64,000 nucleotides of DNA from a virus (IMGVR_UViG_3300025066_000012:32001-96000); one strand, 5' to 3'; positions 1-11,434 are shown, numbered from the stretch's first letter. Numbers and translations: made by a program. Notes: generated by a model from the letters alone, not told the origin.

Positions 1-3000
1 TCTTTTAGGATTGCCTTATATCTTTCGTAATCATCAGCCCAAAGCGTCATACCACAAGTGTCTCCATTGACATCCTCTACTAAGTATTTTGCAAATTTCT
101 TCCCTACATTTTTACCATTTTTGATCTTAAATTCCTTAATTTTTGTTTTAATTATTGCTTCTATTTTTAGCCTAACTCCTTCTGATTGAATCTTGACATC
201 AGAAAGCTGAGTTACCATCGGCCCGCCAGTAAAGAAGCTCTTGAACACTTCATGTAAACTTCCTGACAACGAGCGGCCCATAACCTCTCTTTCGTTAAGA
301 AGAATCTCTTTTCTATCCCATTCGTCAGCGTTTGTCGTAAAGGCTGTAGCTGCTACAATTTCTGAGAATCTACTTGAGTCGGCCGGAATGTTATACTCCT
401 CAAGCAGCAACTCAAAATTATCTTTTGAAACCTTTTTCCAGGCAGGATTGTCGGCAAGAATTTTCTTTTCTATAGTCTTCTTTACTGCCGTCCTTGCTTT
501 GGACCTGTACTTTTGATAGTTATCATGCATATCTTTTCTTGACAACTCAAAGCAATCCATTGCTCCAGACTTCGACAGTGACTCAAGGACTATTTTTCCA
601 ACCGTTCTGCTGTTGTTTTTTGAAACAAATTCTCCAAAACTAGCATATGGTTTATTTTCAAGAATGCTCTCGATAGCCTTTTCTCCGACACCCTTTACTG
701 CAGAAAGTCCGGTGATAATCGCTCCGTCCTCTCCTATTGCATAGGGCCCAATAGACTTATTAACATCTGGATGCGTAATATCTATTTCCATATTCTTGCA
801 CTCAGATATATATTCCTGCGTCTTATCGCTATTCGGATCTTCTGAGTTTATCAGAGCGCACATAAACTCTGTTGGATAATGATGGCGAAGCCACGCGGTA
901 TAAAAAGATATTTTAGAATAAGAGATAGAGTGAGACTTGTTGAAACTATATTTTCCAAGAGGAAGTATAAAGTCTCTCCATATTAAAGTAGCAGTTTTGT
1001 GGGTCATATTGCTATAGTCCATGCAGTCTTTTATGAATGCCGCCTCAGTTCTGAGAACCATATCCTTGTCTTTCCCCTTTAGTTTGCTGATTTTGCGAAG
1101 AGCATCTGCCTGATTTAGATCCCACCCGGCGCAATCCTGAGCGATAAACATCGCCTGTTCCTCATAAACTAGCACCCCATAGGTGGTCTTTAGTGCTCGC
1201 TCTAGCTTTGGGTGCTCATAGTCAAATTCCCCCTTTCCAAGACGTCTCTTTATATACTTCTTTCTTGCCTCAGGAAGACAAGACGGCCTACCCAATGCGT
1301 TAATATCAGATATATCTCCAATAACTTTAGGCTTTATCTTTATGCATAGGGGCGTTAGCGATGACTCAAGCTGAAACACTCCTGACGTTTCTCCCCGCCC
1401 AAGCATATCATATACTTCTTGGTCATTTAAATCGATGTTATCGGTTGTAAGGCTTTTTCCAGTTGTCAAGCTTATAAGTTTAAAGGCATTATCGATCACC
1501 GTCAGTGTCTTGACACCCAAAAGATCCATCTTTATAAGGCCATTATCTTCACATCTAGTTTTTTCCCACTGGGTGACGGTGTTTCCATCTTTGTCAATTC
1601 TCAATGGAATAGTCTCATACAGCGGATCTTCGCCAATAACTATGCCAGCAGCATGGACAGACCAGTTTCGAGTTAGATTCTGGAGCTTATTGCCATATTC
1701 GTAAAGTTCGGGATACTTTTTCATAAGCTGAGAAAATTGAGGACTATCTTCTACGGCCTCTTCTAAAGTTTTTGCGTCAGGCATTATAGATGTAATATAA
1801 TTTGAAATCTTAAATGCTTGAGATTTATCACCACCCAAACGAAGGCTTCTTGCTACGTCCTTGATGACGACCTTTGGAGACAGAGTGCTCCAGTTAGAAA
1901 TCGATGCAACCTTATCATTTCCATATTTTTCTTTAATATATTCCTTGACAACGCCGGGATCTGAGAAATCCGTATCTATATCTGGGAATGATTTCTTTTG
2001 ATTATTGTGAAATCTCTCAAAGATCAAATCATATTCGATTGGATCTACATCGGTGATTCCAGTTAAATATGCAACCAAACTTCCAGACGCCGATCCTCTT
2101 CCAGGCCCAACAGGCATCCTTTTTTTCGCCCAATTTATGTAGTCAGAAACGATGAGCATATAAGACGAGAAGTTCTTCTCCTCCAACACTCCGAGTTCAA
2201 CCTTTACTCTATCCCAATAGAGTTCTTTTTTCTCATTATCAAACTCTGCTGCTTTCTTTTTAAATCCATCAATACATCGGTACCTTAGGAGTGCTTTATC
2301 CTCCGAAACTGTAGACCCAGTTTTCTCATACCACAAAGAAAAGGCATCATAATCTGGTTCGTTTTTAACCGGAAAAGTCGGAAGTCTTGCGCCCTTTGGC
2401 TTAATATAGTGTGGTTCATCACAAGCATTCATGATCTTGATTGTATTTTCCATGCCTTTGCTGGCGATTTTATTGCCAAAGAAATCAACAATTTCACTTG
2501 AAGCCTTTAAATACATGTCCTGTACACCATATCGGAATCTATCAGGATCATTAACAGCCTTTTTATCTTTGATTGCTAACATAAAATCGTGATACTTTGC
2601 GTGTTCTTTATCTCGATAGTGAGCATCACAAGTTATTACATACGGAATACCAAGGTCGCCTGAGATTCTCAGGAGAGACTCATTAAGCTTTACTTGATTA
2701 ACTTCTGTTCCGTTTTTATTTGTTGCCTGCAAAGCGTGCGGCTGCAACTCAAGAAAGAATCGATCATTAAATATTGAATGGAACCGATTGATGTACTCTA
2801 TGGCCAACTTCTCATCTTGCTCGGTTATAAGGGTCTTTGCGACAAGACCATTGCAACAAGCTGTAAGTGCGAAAACACCTTCATTATATTTCTCGATATG
2901 CTCCCAGGAAATTCTCGGAACTCTTTTTCCCATGTATCCAGAAACTTGATTTTGAAAAGCTAAGTAATTTAGTCTTAAGATATTTTTATATCCTGTCTCA

Positions 3001-3272
3001 TTTTTGGCCAACAAAACAAGATGGTAGTTCTTTTTCTCCGAGAGATCATCCGCAAAATACGCTTCCATACCGGGAATAAACTTTATGCCAGTTTCTTGGC
3101 TTGCGAGATAGGCGTCATAGGTGGCAGTCAGTGTTCCGTGATCTGTCACGGCTACTGCTGGATGCCCAATCTCTTTGGCTCTCTTAAATAAATCTAAAGT
3201 GTCGTTCATTCCGTCGAGCGGGCTTCCCAGCTCTGTATGATTATGAAGCGATACGAATGGGCCTTTTGACAT
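1..3272 (-). CDS. dnaE: DNA polymerase III alpha subunit (3' end lies beyond window)
   Basis: Manual translation: AAGGAG SD, then MSKGPFVSLHNHTELGSPLDG...AVTDHG (PHP domain), VGPGRGSASGSLVAYLTGITDVDP, FERF, PDIDTDF, YSFNKSH. Absent from the ORF track, consistent with a frame that stays open to position 1. Confidence 0.96.
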   Translation of the reverse strand, partial: MSKGPFVSLHNHTELGSPLDGMNDTLDLFKRAKEIGHPAVAVTDHGTLTATYDAYLASQETGIKFIPGMEAYFADDLSEKKNYHLVLLAKNETGYKNILRLNYLAFQNQVSGYMGKRVPRISWEHIEKYNEGVFALTACCNGLVAKTLITEQDEKLAIEYINRFHSIFNDRFFLELQPHALQATNKNGTEVNQVKLNESLLRISGDLGIPYVITCDAHYRDKEHAKYHDFMLAIKDKKAVNDPDRFRYGVQDMYLKASSEIVDFFGNKIASKGMENTIKIMNACDEPHYIKPKGARLPTFPVKNEPDYDAFSLWYEKTGSTVSEDKALLRYRCIDGFKKKAAEFDNEKKELYWDRVKVELGVLEEKNFSSYMLIVSDYINWAKKRMPVGPGRGSASGSLVAYLTGITDVDPIEYDLIFERFHNNQKKSFPDIDTDFSDPGVVKEYIKEKYGNDKVASISNWSTLSPKVVIKDVARSLRLGGDKSQAFKISNYITSIMPDAKTLEEAVEDSPQFSQLMKKYPELYEYGNKLQNLTRNWSVHAAGIVIGEDPLYETIPLRIDKDGNTVTQWEKTRCEDNGLIKMDLLGVKTLTVIDNAFKLISLTTGKSLTTDNIDLNDQEVYDMLGRGETSGVFQLESSLTPLCIKIKPKVIGDISDINALGRPSCLPEARKKYIKRRLGKGEFDYEHPKLERALKTTYGVLVYEEQAMFIAQDCAGWDLNQADALRKISKLKGKDKDMVLRTEAAFIKDCMDYSNMTHKTATLIWRDFILPLGKYSFNKSHSISYSKISFYTAWLRHHYPTEFMCALINSEDPNSDKTQEYISECKNMEIDITHPDVNKSIGPYAIGEDGAIITGLSAVKGVGEKAIESILENKPYASFGEFVSKNNSRTVGKIVLESLSKSGAMDCFELSRKDMHDNYQKYRSKARTAVKKTIEKKILADNPAWKKVSKDNFELLLEEYNIPADSSRFSEIVAATAFTTNADEWDRKEILLNEREVMGRSLSGSLHEVFKSFFTGGPMVTQLSDVKIQSEGVRLKIEAIIKTKIKEFKIKNGKNVGKKFAKYLVEDVNGDTCGMTLWADDYERYKAILK

Positions 3273-3285
3273 TTTTCTCCTTAAA

Positions 3286-3323
3286 AATAGGTGTAGCGGA
3301 CGCAATGGCCCGCTACACCTATT
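3286..3323 (-). terminator. Intrinsic terminator-like hairpin immediately upstream of the dnaE RBS
   Basis: 14-bp stem AATAGGTGTAGCGG/CCGCTACACCTATT followed by TTT, then AAGGAG, on the minus strand. Confidence 0.7.
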
Positions 3324-3352
3324 CTACTCGCGCGATTAAAGTTGGCCTAAGA

Positions 3353-3649
3353 TTATTCGGCTACCATTCCGTGGATATTATCATAGATTTCATTAACGAT
3401 CTCCATATCGATATCTTTCTTGGCAGCCGCCAGCGCCTGTGCTAGCTCCTTCTTTGGAAGGCTTTTCGCCTTAAGGAAGTCGGAGGACCAATCTCGTCGG
3501 GCCTCCTGCAGATCCTTGATGCTTAGCTCATAAACCATATACTGCTTCACATACTCTTTTACGTCTTCCATGGCCCAAGTAGTTCCGCCATCTTCTGACT
3601 CGTTAAAAATTCGGACCATACTACCCTGTTCTGCCTCTTCTGCACTCAT
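3353..3649 (-). CDS. Small helical protein, possibly T4 DsbA/GapR-like dsDNA-binding protein
   Basis: 98 aa, coiled-coil pattern EDVKEYVKQY...IKDLQEARRD...LPKKEL; AGGAG SD. Confidence 0.5.
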   Translation of the reverse strand: MSAEEAEQGSMVRIFNESEDGGTTWAMEDVKEYVKQYMVYELSIKDLQEARRDWSSDFLKAKSLPKKELAQALAAAKKDIDMEIVNEIYDNIHGMVAE

Positions 3650-3663
3650 AAAAACTCCTATTA

Positions 3664-6600
3664 TTAAATACCGGTGGTTATCCTCCAGAGGTTCCAGAGG
3701 GCTTCGTCAATAATAATAACCCCAGAGTTAGAGCTGACCTTTAAAATTTCAGATCGATTTATCGATTCGTCATTTTCTGGTAAGAGTTCCTGCGAAAACG
3801 ATGCCTTCTTTTCTAACCTATCTTTGTATTTGGCGGTAATGATTTGATTCATTTTGTCCAAATAATAGATCTTTATTGCGGCTGCCACAGAGTTTAATCC
3901 AACCGCAACAGACGAGATGCTCGCCTTGAGTTCTGGATGTAGTCTTAGTGTAACGGGGTTACTACTTAGTGCGTGTGAGGCATATCTGTAGATCTTTAAT
4001 GCGTTCATAATTGTGTCTGAATCTGGGTCTTGTATTGACCTAATTTCTTCTGCATTCTCTCCAATTGGAAACAATGTATTTATTACTTGAAGGAAAGACA
4101 CATTATCTTCTGGAGCATTATCATTCGGTGCTGGCCGGAAAAATTCTCCATGTCCTCCTGCTAAATGTGGAAACAAATTTTTAGATTTTGTTTCCATTGG
4201 ATCTGTATTTTGCCCAGAAGAAAGCCTCAATCCAGTTTCCTTATCAAATTCGTCTACAGAAAAAAGATTAGGCAAATCTAAATTGCCCCTCTTTAAGACT
4301 AAGCTTTTATATGGATCTAATAAATCTTTGGCCAATATTTCAGACGAGCCACTTAGTTTTAACTCTTCATTTAGCTTCCTAGCCGCATAATCTAATCCGT
4401 GTGTTTTTATAATAAATTGTTGTGCGGAGTTAAGCAAGTCTACGTTAGGTGTTTCGCCCAAAAAGACCTGATGTCCAGCCCACTTCTCAGAGAAACATTC
4501 TAGTGTTAGAACTTTATTCATTAATACATAATCAATAAACGGAACATAATATCCACTAGCCGCGACATACGAGGCGTCGACTACGCCTTCTTCCGCCTCA
4601 TCTTCGTTATCATTTTCGAGACTTTTGAATTTTACCGGTGACCTTTCAATCTTTGTTCTGCAATTGCTCCTTCGAACAACATTGAATGGCATTCCACGAT
4701 AATGCTTGAATAATATTTCTATGTTTTCTTTAGCATTGGACCTTAAGTCCTCTGCTCCTTGCTCGGACAACCCCGAAGATACCTCTTTAAATTTATTATA
4801 AATTTTAATAATTTTTATTAAAATATTTGCAGCGTCTTTAGTTGGAGTTCTTTGCAGCAAGTCTGATAACTCTAACTTATAATTGTCAGAAAATACTTCT
4901 ATTCTAGCTCCAACCATCGGTATTATCTCTCCTGCAATCTTGGCTGTCGTTGGAGAGTTTTCAATCGGAACCGGAACTCCGACATTGCTAAATGTATCGA
5001 TTGAGAGATCACTTATTGGCGGAAAAAGAAGAGACTTTCCTTTTTTCCTAAACTGCGGCCCAATATTAAATCCAGAATCACTAGCAAAGTTTGTTAGCGT
5101 ATTTCTAACGCTAACTTCGCCCGCAACATTAGATATTTCCGTATAGGGGTGATACATCATACTGACGTTATCGCTGCTTATCTTTATGTCCTTCTCTGGC
5201 AGGGCAAATGCCCTAAATCCATTTGACCGTATGCCTTCAGGAAGGCTTGCCGTAATTGCTTCAACAAAAATTCCGATTGATGAAAGATCTAATCTTGTAA
5301 GCACGCAAATAAATCCGTCTGGCACAAGAGCCTTTTCCTCATTAGAGAATGACAAGTCAAAACTACGATAGTCATCTTTTGAATTAAATAACGCATATAC
5401 TGGTTCCGAAAATGATTCTTTTTTGTCCTTTGGAACACAGGTATTCGCCCCAAAGCTTGGGATCATCATAGTTCTTATTGACTCTCCGGACTCCAAAGGT
5501 CTTGGCTTGAAGTATTTTGAATACTTTGACTGATCATTCAGGTTTATATTAGTCTCCGGAGTCGTTATAAAAATATTTTTAAGAATACTTTTTGCCTTTG
5601 TTTTCTCGTCAGACTCCTCGTCCTCTTCGAGAGTGCCTTCTAGTTTCTGCTTTATATATTCCAAGGCAGGCTCTTTGTACAGCCTGCTATTGGCCGCCGT
5701 TTCCATTCCGTGCGGAATAGCGTTCAGGCCGGCAATGCAGCCTAAAATATTGCCAATATAATCATCCAAAGAGTCGTCATCCATGTCTGCTGTGTATCCG
5801 AAAAAATTAAAGTTACTATGTGCAGAGCATAGGTCTATTACCTTTTGAGGAGAAGACAAATCAACAGACTCATAATTTAGATCTATTTCAAATCCTATAT
5901 ATGAATATTGATTATTATCTTTAATAAATTTATTGAAAATAATTGATAATTGATCTGCAATATAAAAAGAGATAGAAGCATATATGATTCGAGATAAATA
6001 CATTTGGCCGGACATCCTGGCTATTATTTTAGACTTGGTTCCTCCGGGTCCAAAAACGTATTTACTAAGCTTCTTAACATCTTTCTCATTAATGTTGATA
6101 GCTTCAAAAATTTCGCTCCTAATATCATCAAAGTGAGATAAGAATTCACTTTTAATTTGTCCTTCATCATATAATGAGTTTCTTATTCTCCATCTTTTTT
6201 TTATATCTATCTTCGGATCTAATTTTTTCAAAAGAATATCATAAGAATAATTTATAATATTTCTAAATAATGGATCAATAAACTCATCTTCTAAGAATGA
6301 TAAAAATTTAGTATCAGTTTTCATTGTCTTATTGATAAATGACTTTTCATCATCTTTTATTTTATTAAAAATTTCAAGCATAACATCTGTTGTGGCAAGT
6401 TCATCATCCAGCTTGCCATCTTGATTTAGTTTATTTAATAAATTTTGAATCAATTCCTTTATAGACTCATAGATTTTATCCTCATACTTATCTAGGCTGA
6501 ATACTTTCGTCCCAAGCAGAGATCCTCTTACATCTAAAGATGATGATAATCTTAGGAAATTAGAACAAGTTTTGAAAGACGAATTCAACAGTTCTGTTAT

Positions 6601-9600
6601 TGTCTCTCCGCATATATCTTTATTCTTTCTTAAAACGGCCATATCTATTGGCATATCGGGAACCTGCAGGGACTTATTGTATGTTCTGGAATCTCCGGCG
6701 TTTCTGACGTGCCCCTCGCCGCTGCTAGTCTCTATGCCCTGCTCTTTTCCTGACCTCTCATATCTCGTTCTAAAAGTATCTGAACTCTCCTTTAGAGAGC
6801 TACTTACTATGGATTCATCAGTCTGGGGCCCGCCCCAAGCAAATGATTTACTCTTATATTGTGTTTCGGAAAAATAATACTTGCCTACTTCGCCTTCGTC
6901 TGTTACTGAAAACGACAACCTTCCCAGCTCATGGTCTTTGCTCTTGACCCACGTATTATAATCATATCGATCTAATATAGTGTTCTCCGGAACTCTGCTG
7001 ATCATATTTTTCTTCATTGCTATCTCTAGATTCTTTCTTCCGCTAGATCGCAACAACTTTCCGAGCTGCCTCACTTCGGCTCCAAGTTTTGGCACAAATC
7101 TACAATGTGTATTGCCAAAGTTAACAGAGTTATTTACAGTAAAGCTATGCCCGTGACGACAGGTCAGAACTACATCTCCAATTAGATTTGCCGCATCATC
7201 TTTTATGTTTTTAGACGCCATAGCCATAGATAAAATCTTAGCAAACTTTGTTAGCCTTCCGTCCTCCCCCGTAAAGAATGATTCTTTTATTGCCTCTGGG
7301 CTTCCTAAAACATAAGTTAAATCTGTTGCCTCAACGCCATACGAAATTAATGCCTCAGTTAAATCTTTTTTATATTCTACATCAGCAGATACCAACAGCT
7401 TCTTCAGCTCCGGAAAATTAAAGGAAGAAAGACTCGTAGCGGCCCCACACGCCATATAGACGACCGTCCCCGGCTCTAGCTGGGCAACTCCTCCGGCTCC
7501 ATCAGAAGGAAGAGACATCGCTGACAAGTCGCTATCTTCGGCAGTAGGCCCAGATAAAGGAGAGACTATATATCCATATTTTTTATACAAGGACTCTATA
7601 TCATCCTTATCGGCTATATCAATAAGCGTCGGACACCTAAAGTAGGTATTAGAGTATTTCCATCCTCCAGACCTTCTGGAATTTAAAAGCCCTCTGACCT
7701 CCTCTGCGACGTCAGCTGTAAATGTTTCATTATTTATAGCTGATGATAAAGCCCTCTCTATCTTTCCGTCGTCAGTTAGAACCTGACTTCGACTAGAGTT
7801 AAAAGTACCACTCCTTAGAGCCTTAGGATCTATACTATCACCCTGACCCAACACGCTTAAGGAGGCAGATAAATCTACCGAATATCCGCAATTAAAATCT
7901 TGTGTCTTCCGTTGACCTTCGGTTTCTGGTGCGCCCACGACTAGCTCCGGAGGTATCCCCGTTTGATCCTTAAATGGACACTTAAATCTTTTCTTAATAA
8001 CATCTGACCTCCCAAGATATTTTGCCTTGTCCTTTCTTAATACTTCGGCCCTCCTGAGAAGCCCCTCTGCATGTTTTGTTTTGTTTCCAGAATTTATAAG
8101 ATCATCAATTTGTGACCATGTTTTCGGCCCAGTGTCGAATCTTTTGCCGTAAAACAAATCACCCCAATTCCTCATAGGCGCAGACCTCGGTGCCGTCGGA
8201 ACTCCCCGGCTAGAGCTTAACTCAAACTTCTTCGGAGGAGAATGCAGATACTCTTCTCCGGTCTTTGAATTTACTGATAATTGATCAATTGAAATTTGTG
8301 ACCCATCTTTTCTGAACAAAGAATATAAAGGCAGCTTAAAATCGGAATATTCTCGCAGGAATTCATTCCTATCTTTGCGAGAGGCGGAAGCCCCCTCATC
8401 TGTAGACTTTCCGGCTTCTCTTCTGTACTTTCCTCCAAATCTCTGAACCATCTTTTTTATATAAAGACCCTTTCCGCACATTGAGCAATTTGCGTATGTC
8501 CAAGAATACCGACTTTTGCCCTGAACAACATTTACAACATCTTGTCGTATTACTTCTTGACTTATATTTTCAGAAAGATATCTACATAAATTCTTATCTG
8601 TATTTTTTATATCAAAAAATGCGCCAATCTTTAATTTGATATTTGTAGCATAAGACGCGATAAAGAGATCGTCCATCTCGTCCGTCCAACCGCCAACCAG
8701 CACGTCCTGGGTCCTATCATCGTACTCTCTAAATTGAGGCTTATGGCGATAAGCCTGAGACAAAACATCAGGGAAGACTAATCGATATATCAAATCCTTT
8801 AGCAGGCCAAATGACTCAGAGTCTTGATTTTTAATATTGTTTACCAAATATATTGGGTGGTATTCAATTGGAAATTCCCTAAGTAAGTCCAAGTCTTTTA
8901 GCATCATATAAATTTCTTTATCACGATATTTTATTGACATAATAAATCTGTCAATATTATCCGCTATTGACTGTCTGCTCTTTTCAAATTTATGCAAGTT
9001 TGATTTAGTGTTAACTGTCGAAGTCGCCTCAGCAGCTGCTAGCTTTGAGCTAAAGTTACCAAGTACAACAGCTATTTCACTTAGCATCTCACTTATATAT
9101 TCGGGTTTGTACTCAACCTCATCAGTTTCTTCGTCAAGCTCAAAACCCAAGCCCCTGTTTCCAAACCCCTTAAAGAAAGATGAGAATTCAAATATATCTT
9201 TTCCTGATGCCTCCAAGAGCTTGAAGAAAGACCTTGGGTCCTTATCTGATAAGTATGTTGCCTTATATTCCAAATTTAAACTTGCATATATACCAACGGT
9301 AGACCCTGTGTTAAGAGGCTTGACACTCGGCTTTCTAAGAACTTCTTTTGATTCTAATGCGAGCGAGTCAAGTGTTATGATGGCTCCCGGCACAAGATCA
9401 TCCGGCTCCGGCTCCGGCTCCGGCTCCTCTATCTTTTCGGGCTGCCTACCGGGACTTACTTTCGGCTCAGCAACATCATCTGGCTCGTCACCGAGTGTTT
9501 TGTCAAATATGTCAATGGACTCTCTCTTTTCTGGCTTGACCTTTTCTCTCTTTTCTGGCTTGACCTTTTCTCTCTTTTCTGGCTTGACCTTTTCTCTCAG

Positions 9601-10086
9601 CACTTCTAGGGAAGCTTTTATATCTAAGAAATCTGCTTCAACAAAAGTTTTTATTGAAATAAGTTTCAGAAGCTGAGATACAGGTCCGTCATGATCTGCG
9701 GAAAAAGAATAATCTTGATAATAAGCTTCGGCCTCAAGGTAAACCGCAGCAAGCTCTTCATTCAGGCCTCTCACTCCGCTTAAGTGAAGTGACTCCTCTA
9801 TTCTTGTTATGACCGATGCTTTTGTAGTCTCGAAAACTTCATTAGATATTTCCGGCCAGCTCTGCGATCCGTCGCGGGCGGTGTGGCTATCTTCTGACAT
9901 CTGCTCGGCCTGGAAAATAAGCGTCGGAAGTTCATTTACTGCTGTACTTAAATATTTATGATACTCCTCTAGCTTGTTTGCAAATGCTTGGAATCCACTA
10001 TCGGCAGATCCATCATCATAAAAGACCTCTGGATATTTTCTTTTCAGCATGTTTGTGACTGTACTAAAGTCTTGGCCATTACTCAT
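3664..10086 (-). CDS. Giant hypothetical protein (2140 aa) with several Cys/His knuckles
   Basis: Uninterrupted ORF; CSMCG, FKCP, FNCG, FRCP, ACG, CRHGH motifs; function not recognised. Confidence 0.85.
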   Translation of the reverse strand: MSNGQDFSTVTNMLKRKYPEVFYDDGSADSGFQAFANKLEEYHKYLSTAVNELPTLIFQAEQMSEDSHTARDGSQSWPEISNEVFETTKASVITRIEESLHLSGVRGLNEELAAVYLEAEAYYQDYSFSADHDGPVSQLLKLISIKTFVEADFLDIKASLEVLREKVKPEKREKVKPEKREKVKPEKRESIDIFDKTLGDEPDDVAEPKVSPGRQPEKIEEPEPEPEPDDLVPGAIITLDSLALESKEVLRKPSVKPLNTGSTVGIYASLNLEYKATYLSDKDPRSFFKLLEASGKDIFEFSSFFKGFGNRGLGFELDEETDEVEYKPEYISEMLSEIAVVLGNFSSKLAAAEATSTVNTKSNLHKFEKSRQSIADNIDRFIMSIKYRDKEIYMMLKDLDLLREFPIEYHPIYLVNNIKNQDSESFGLLKDLIYRLVFPDVLSQAYRHKPQFREYDDRTQDVLVGGWTDEMDDLFIASYATNIKLKIGAFFDIKNTDKNLCRYLSENISQEVIRQDVVNVVQGKSRYSWTYANCSMCGKGLYIKKMVQRFGGKYRREAGKSTDEGASASRKDRNEFLREYSDFKLPLYSLFRKDGSQISIDQLSVNSKTGEEYLHSPPKKFELSSSRGVPTAPRSAPMRNWGDLFYGKRFDTGPKTWSQIDDLINSGNKTKHAEGLLRRAEVLRKDKAKYLGRSDVIKKRFKCPFKDQTGIPPELVVGAPETEGQRKTQDFNCGYSVDLSASLSVLGQGDSIDPKALRSGTFNSSRSQVLTDDGKIERALSSAINNETFTADVAEEVRGLLNSRRSGGWKYSNTYFRCPTLIDIADKDDIESLYKKYGYIVSPLSGPTAEDSDLSAMSLPSDGAGGVAQLEPGTVVYMACGAATSLSSFNFPELKKLLVSADVEYKKDLTEALISYGVEATDLTYVLGSPEAIKESFFTGEDGRLTKFAKILSMAMASKNIKDDAANLIGDVVLTCRHGHSFTVNNSVNFGNTHCRFVPKLGAEVRQLGKLLRSSGRKNLEIAMKKNMISRVPENTILDRYDYNTWVKSKDHELGRLSFSVTDEGEVGKYYFSETQYKSKSFAWGGPQTDESIVSSSLKESSDTFRTRYERSGKEQGIETSSGEGHVRNAGDSRTYNKSLQVPDMPIDMAVLRKNKDICGETITELLNSSFKTCSNFLRLSSSLDVRGSLLGTKVFSLDKYEDKIYESIKELIQNLLNKLNQDGKLDDELATTDVMLEIFNKIKDDEKSFINKTMKTDTKFLSFLEDEFIDPLFRNIINYSYDILLKKLDPKIDIKKRWRIRNSLYDEGQIKSEFLSHFDDIRSEIFEAININEKDVKKLSKYVFGPGGTKSKIIARMSGQMYLSRIIYASISFYIADQLSIIFNKFIKDNNQYSYIGFEIDLNYESVDLSSPQKVIDLCSAHSNFNFFGYTADMDDDSLDDYIGNILGCIAGLNAIPHGMETAANSRLYKEPALEYIKQKLEGTLEEDEESDEKTKAKSILKNIFITTPETNINLNDQSKYSKYFKPRPLESGESIRTMMIPSFGANTCVPKDKKESFSEPVYALFNSKDDYRSFDLSFSNEEKALVPDGFICVLTRLDLSSIGIFVEAITASLPEGIRSNGFRAFALPEKDIKISSDNVSMMYHPYTEISNVAGEVSVRNTLTNFASDSGFNIGPQFRKKGKSLLFPPISDLSIDTFSNVGVPVPIENSPTTAKIAGEIIPMVGARIEVFSDNYKLELSDLLQRTPTKDAANILIKIIKIYNKFKEVSSGLSEQGAEDLRSNAKENIEILFKHYRGMPFNVVRRSNCRTKIERSPVKFKSLENDNEDEAEEGVVDASYVAASGYYVPFIDYVLMNKVLTLECFSEKWAGHQVFLGETPNVDLLNSAQQFIIKTHGLDYAARKLNEELKLSGSSEILAKDLLDPYKSLVLKRGNLDLPNLFSVDEFDKETGLRLSSGQNTDPMETKSKNLFPHLAGGHGEFFRPAPNDNAPEDNVSFLQVINTLFPIGENAEEIRSIQDPDSDTIMNALKIYRYASHALSSNPVTLRLHPELKASISSVAVGLNSVAAAIKIYYLDKMNQIITAKYKDRLEKKASFSQELLPENDESINRSEILKVSSNSGVIIIDEALWNLWRITTGI
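9400..9598 (-). repeat. Coding tandem repeats: 24-nt unit x3 (REKVKPEK) and 6-nt unit (EP)n
   Basis: ctctcttttctggcttgacctttt x3 at about 9522-9598; tccggc repeats at about 9400-9426. Confidence 0.9.
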
Positions 10087-10087
10087 A

Positions 10088-11434
10088 TTATTTATTCCTT
10101 AGAAATTCCTGATATTTAATCTTTCTGTTATCAGAATTATCATGTATCGACTCTATATGAAATTTACTTTCATAATCATCTTTTATTTCTTTTATTAGTA
10201 ACTTAATCCAAAAATGGGCCTGATTTACATGAGCTGTCTCAGATCTAGTTGCCGCAACTAATATCTTACTGTCTTTTTTATTTAATTTTATACTGCCATT
10301 ATTATTGTTTACTGCCATGTAAATATTCTTATCTAAAAAATCCAAACTTCCAATAAGTGGCATGGAATCTAGCCCTAGGAGACTAAGAATTTCCCTATTT
10401 AAATAAAGATTATTCATTTTTTCTGGGAATTCCCAAATCGGAACAGTAGCTATTGCCTTGCTATATTCTTCTTTAACTTTTATATTATAAAAGCTTTTTG
10501 TCATAATGCTGTTCAAGCGGGTTCCGGATGAACTAAATAAATCTAAATATAGTAAATCCATTGTTTCATTTCCGACCCTAGGGATAGGAAGGACAATAGA
10601 AAATCCTCTTTTTATAAATTTCTTATTTATTCTAACCCCAGTCTTTGAGAAGAAATTTCTATCTTCACCCAAAACCCTATCGATGCTCAGGTTGCCATCA
10701 ATAGAATCCGTGAGATTTACCAGAGGATAAATACATGGAACATAATCATTGTGCCCCATTGTTCCGTTTATGAGAAGCGGAACCTCTGTTATCCCAGAGT
10801 TATAATGTTTGAATATATTATTTATTCCAAAATCAAAAAGGCCATCAATTCTTGATTTTAACACTCGAATATCTTTATTTTCGCCATCTTTCAGCAGGCC
10901 TATCTCGGCCTCTATGCTTGAGAGTTCTTTGTGAATTACCCTCGCAAAGCAATAAATTAAGATTTGAATTCTTGCCCGCTCTTTTGAAATGAGGGCTCCT
11001 TCATTTTTTCTTATCGAATCTATGCCGGTAAGCTCGGCGCCATCAGCTCTATCCCCACCTAAAGATGACTCCTCAATTAAATTGACTTTTCTTATTTTAT
11101 TTTCTAATAAATATTTATATAGATTTTTAAAAAAGTTTATTCTTTTATTTAAATTTAAAGTTGAAATTATAAAAGCTTCTGGAGCTTTGGAGTCTAGATT
11201 ATTATTATATACTTTGTCAAAAAGCTCTCTATCTGTCTTAAACATTAAGACAGCCTTTCTGAATGCATCAATATCATCAATGCCAAGTGACTCAAACGGA
11301 AACTTTAGAAAGTCTCTCTCAATTGCAAGCAATCTATTTTTATAGGTCTTTTTGCTTCCTCTATCTAAGGTTATTATCTTATACTTAGATATAGATATCT
11401 CTTCTTCTAAAAACTCCAGTAATTCTTTTTTCAT
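10088..11434 (-). CDS. Hypothetical protein (448 aa)
   Basis: Long ORF tightly packed between neighbours. Confidence 0.8.
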   Translation of the reverse strand: MKKELLEFLEEEISISKYKIITLDRGSKKTYKNRLLAIERDFLKFPFESLGIDDIDAFRKAVLMFKTDRELFDKVYNNNLDSKAPEAFIISTLNLNKRINFFKNLYKYLLENKIRKVNLIEESSLGGDRADGAELTGIDSIRKNEGALISKERARIQILIYCFARVIHKELSSIEAEIGLLKDGENKDIRVLKSRIDGLFDFGINNIFKHYNSGITEVPLLINGTMGHNDYVPCIYPLVNLTDSIDGNLSIDRVLGEDRNFFSKTGVRINKKFIKRGFSIVLPIPRVGNETMDLLYLDLFSSSGTRLNSIMTKSFYNIKVKEEYSKAIATVPIWEFPEKMNNLYLNREILSLLGLDSMPLIGSLDFLDKNIYMAVNNNNGSIKLNKKDSKILVAATRSETAHVNQAHFWIKLLIKEIKDDYESKFHIESIHDNSDNRKIKYQEFLRNK

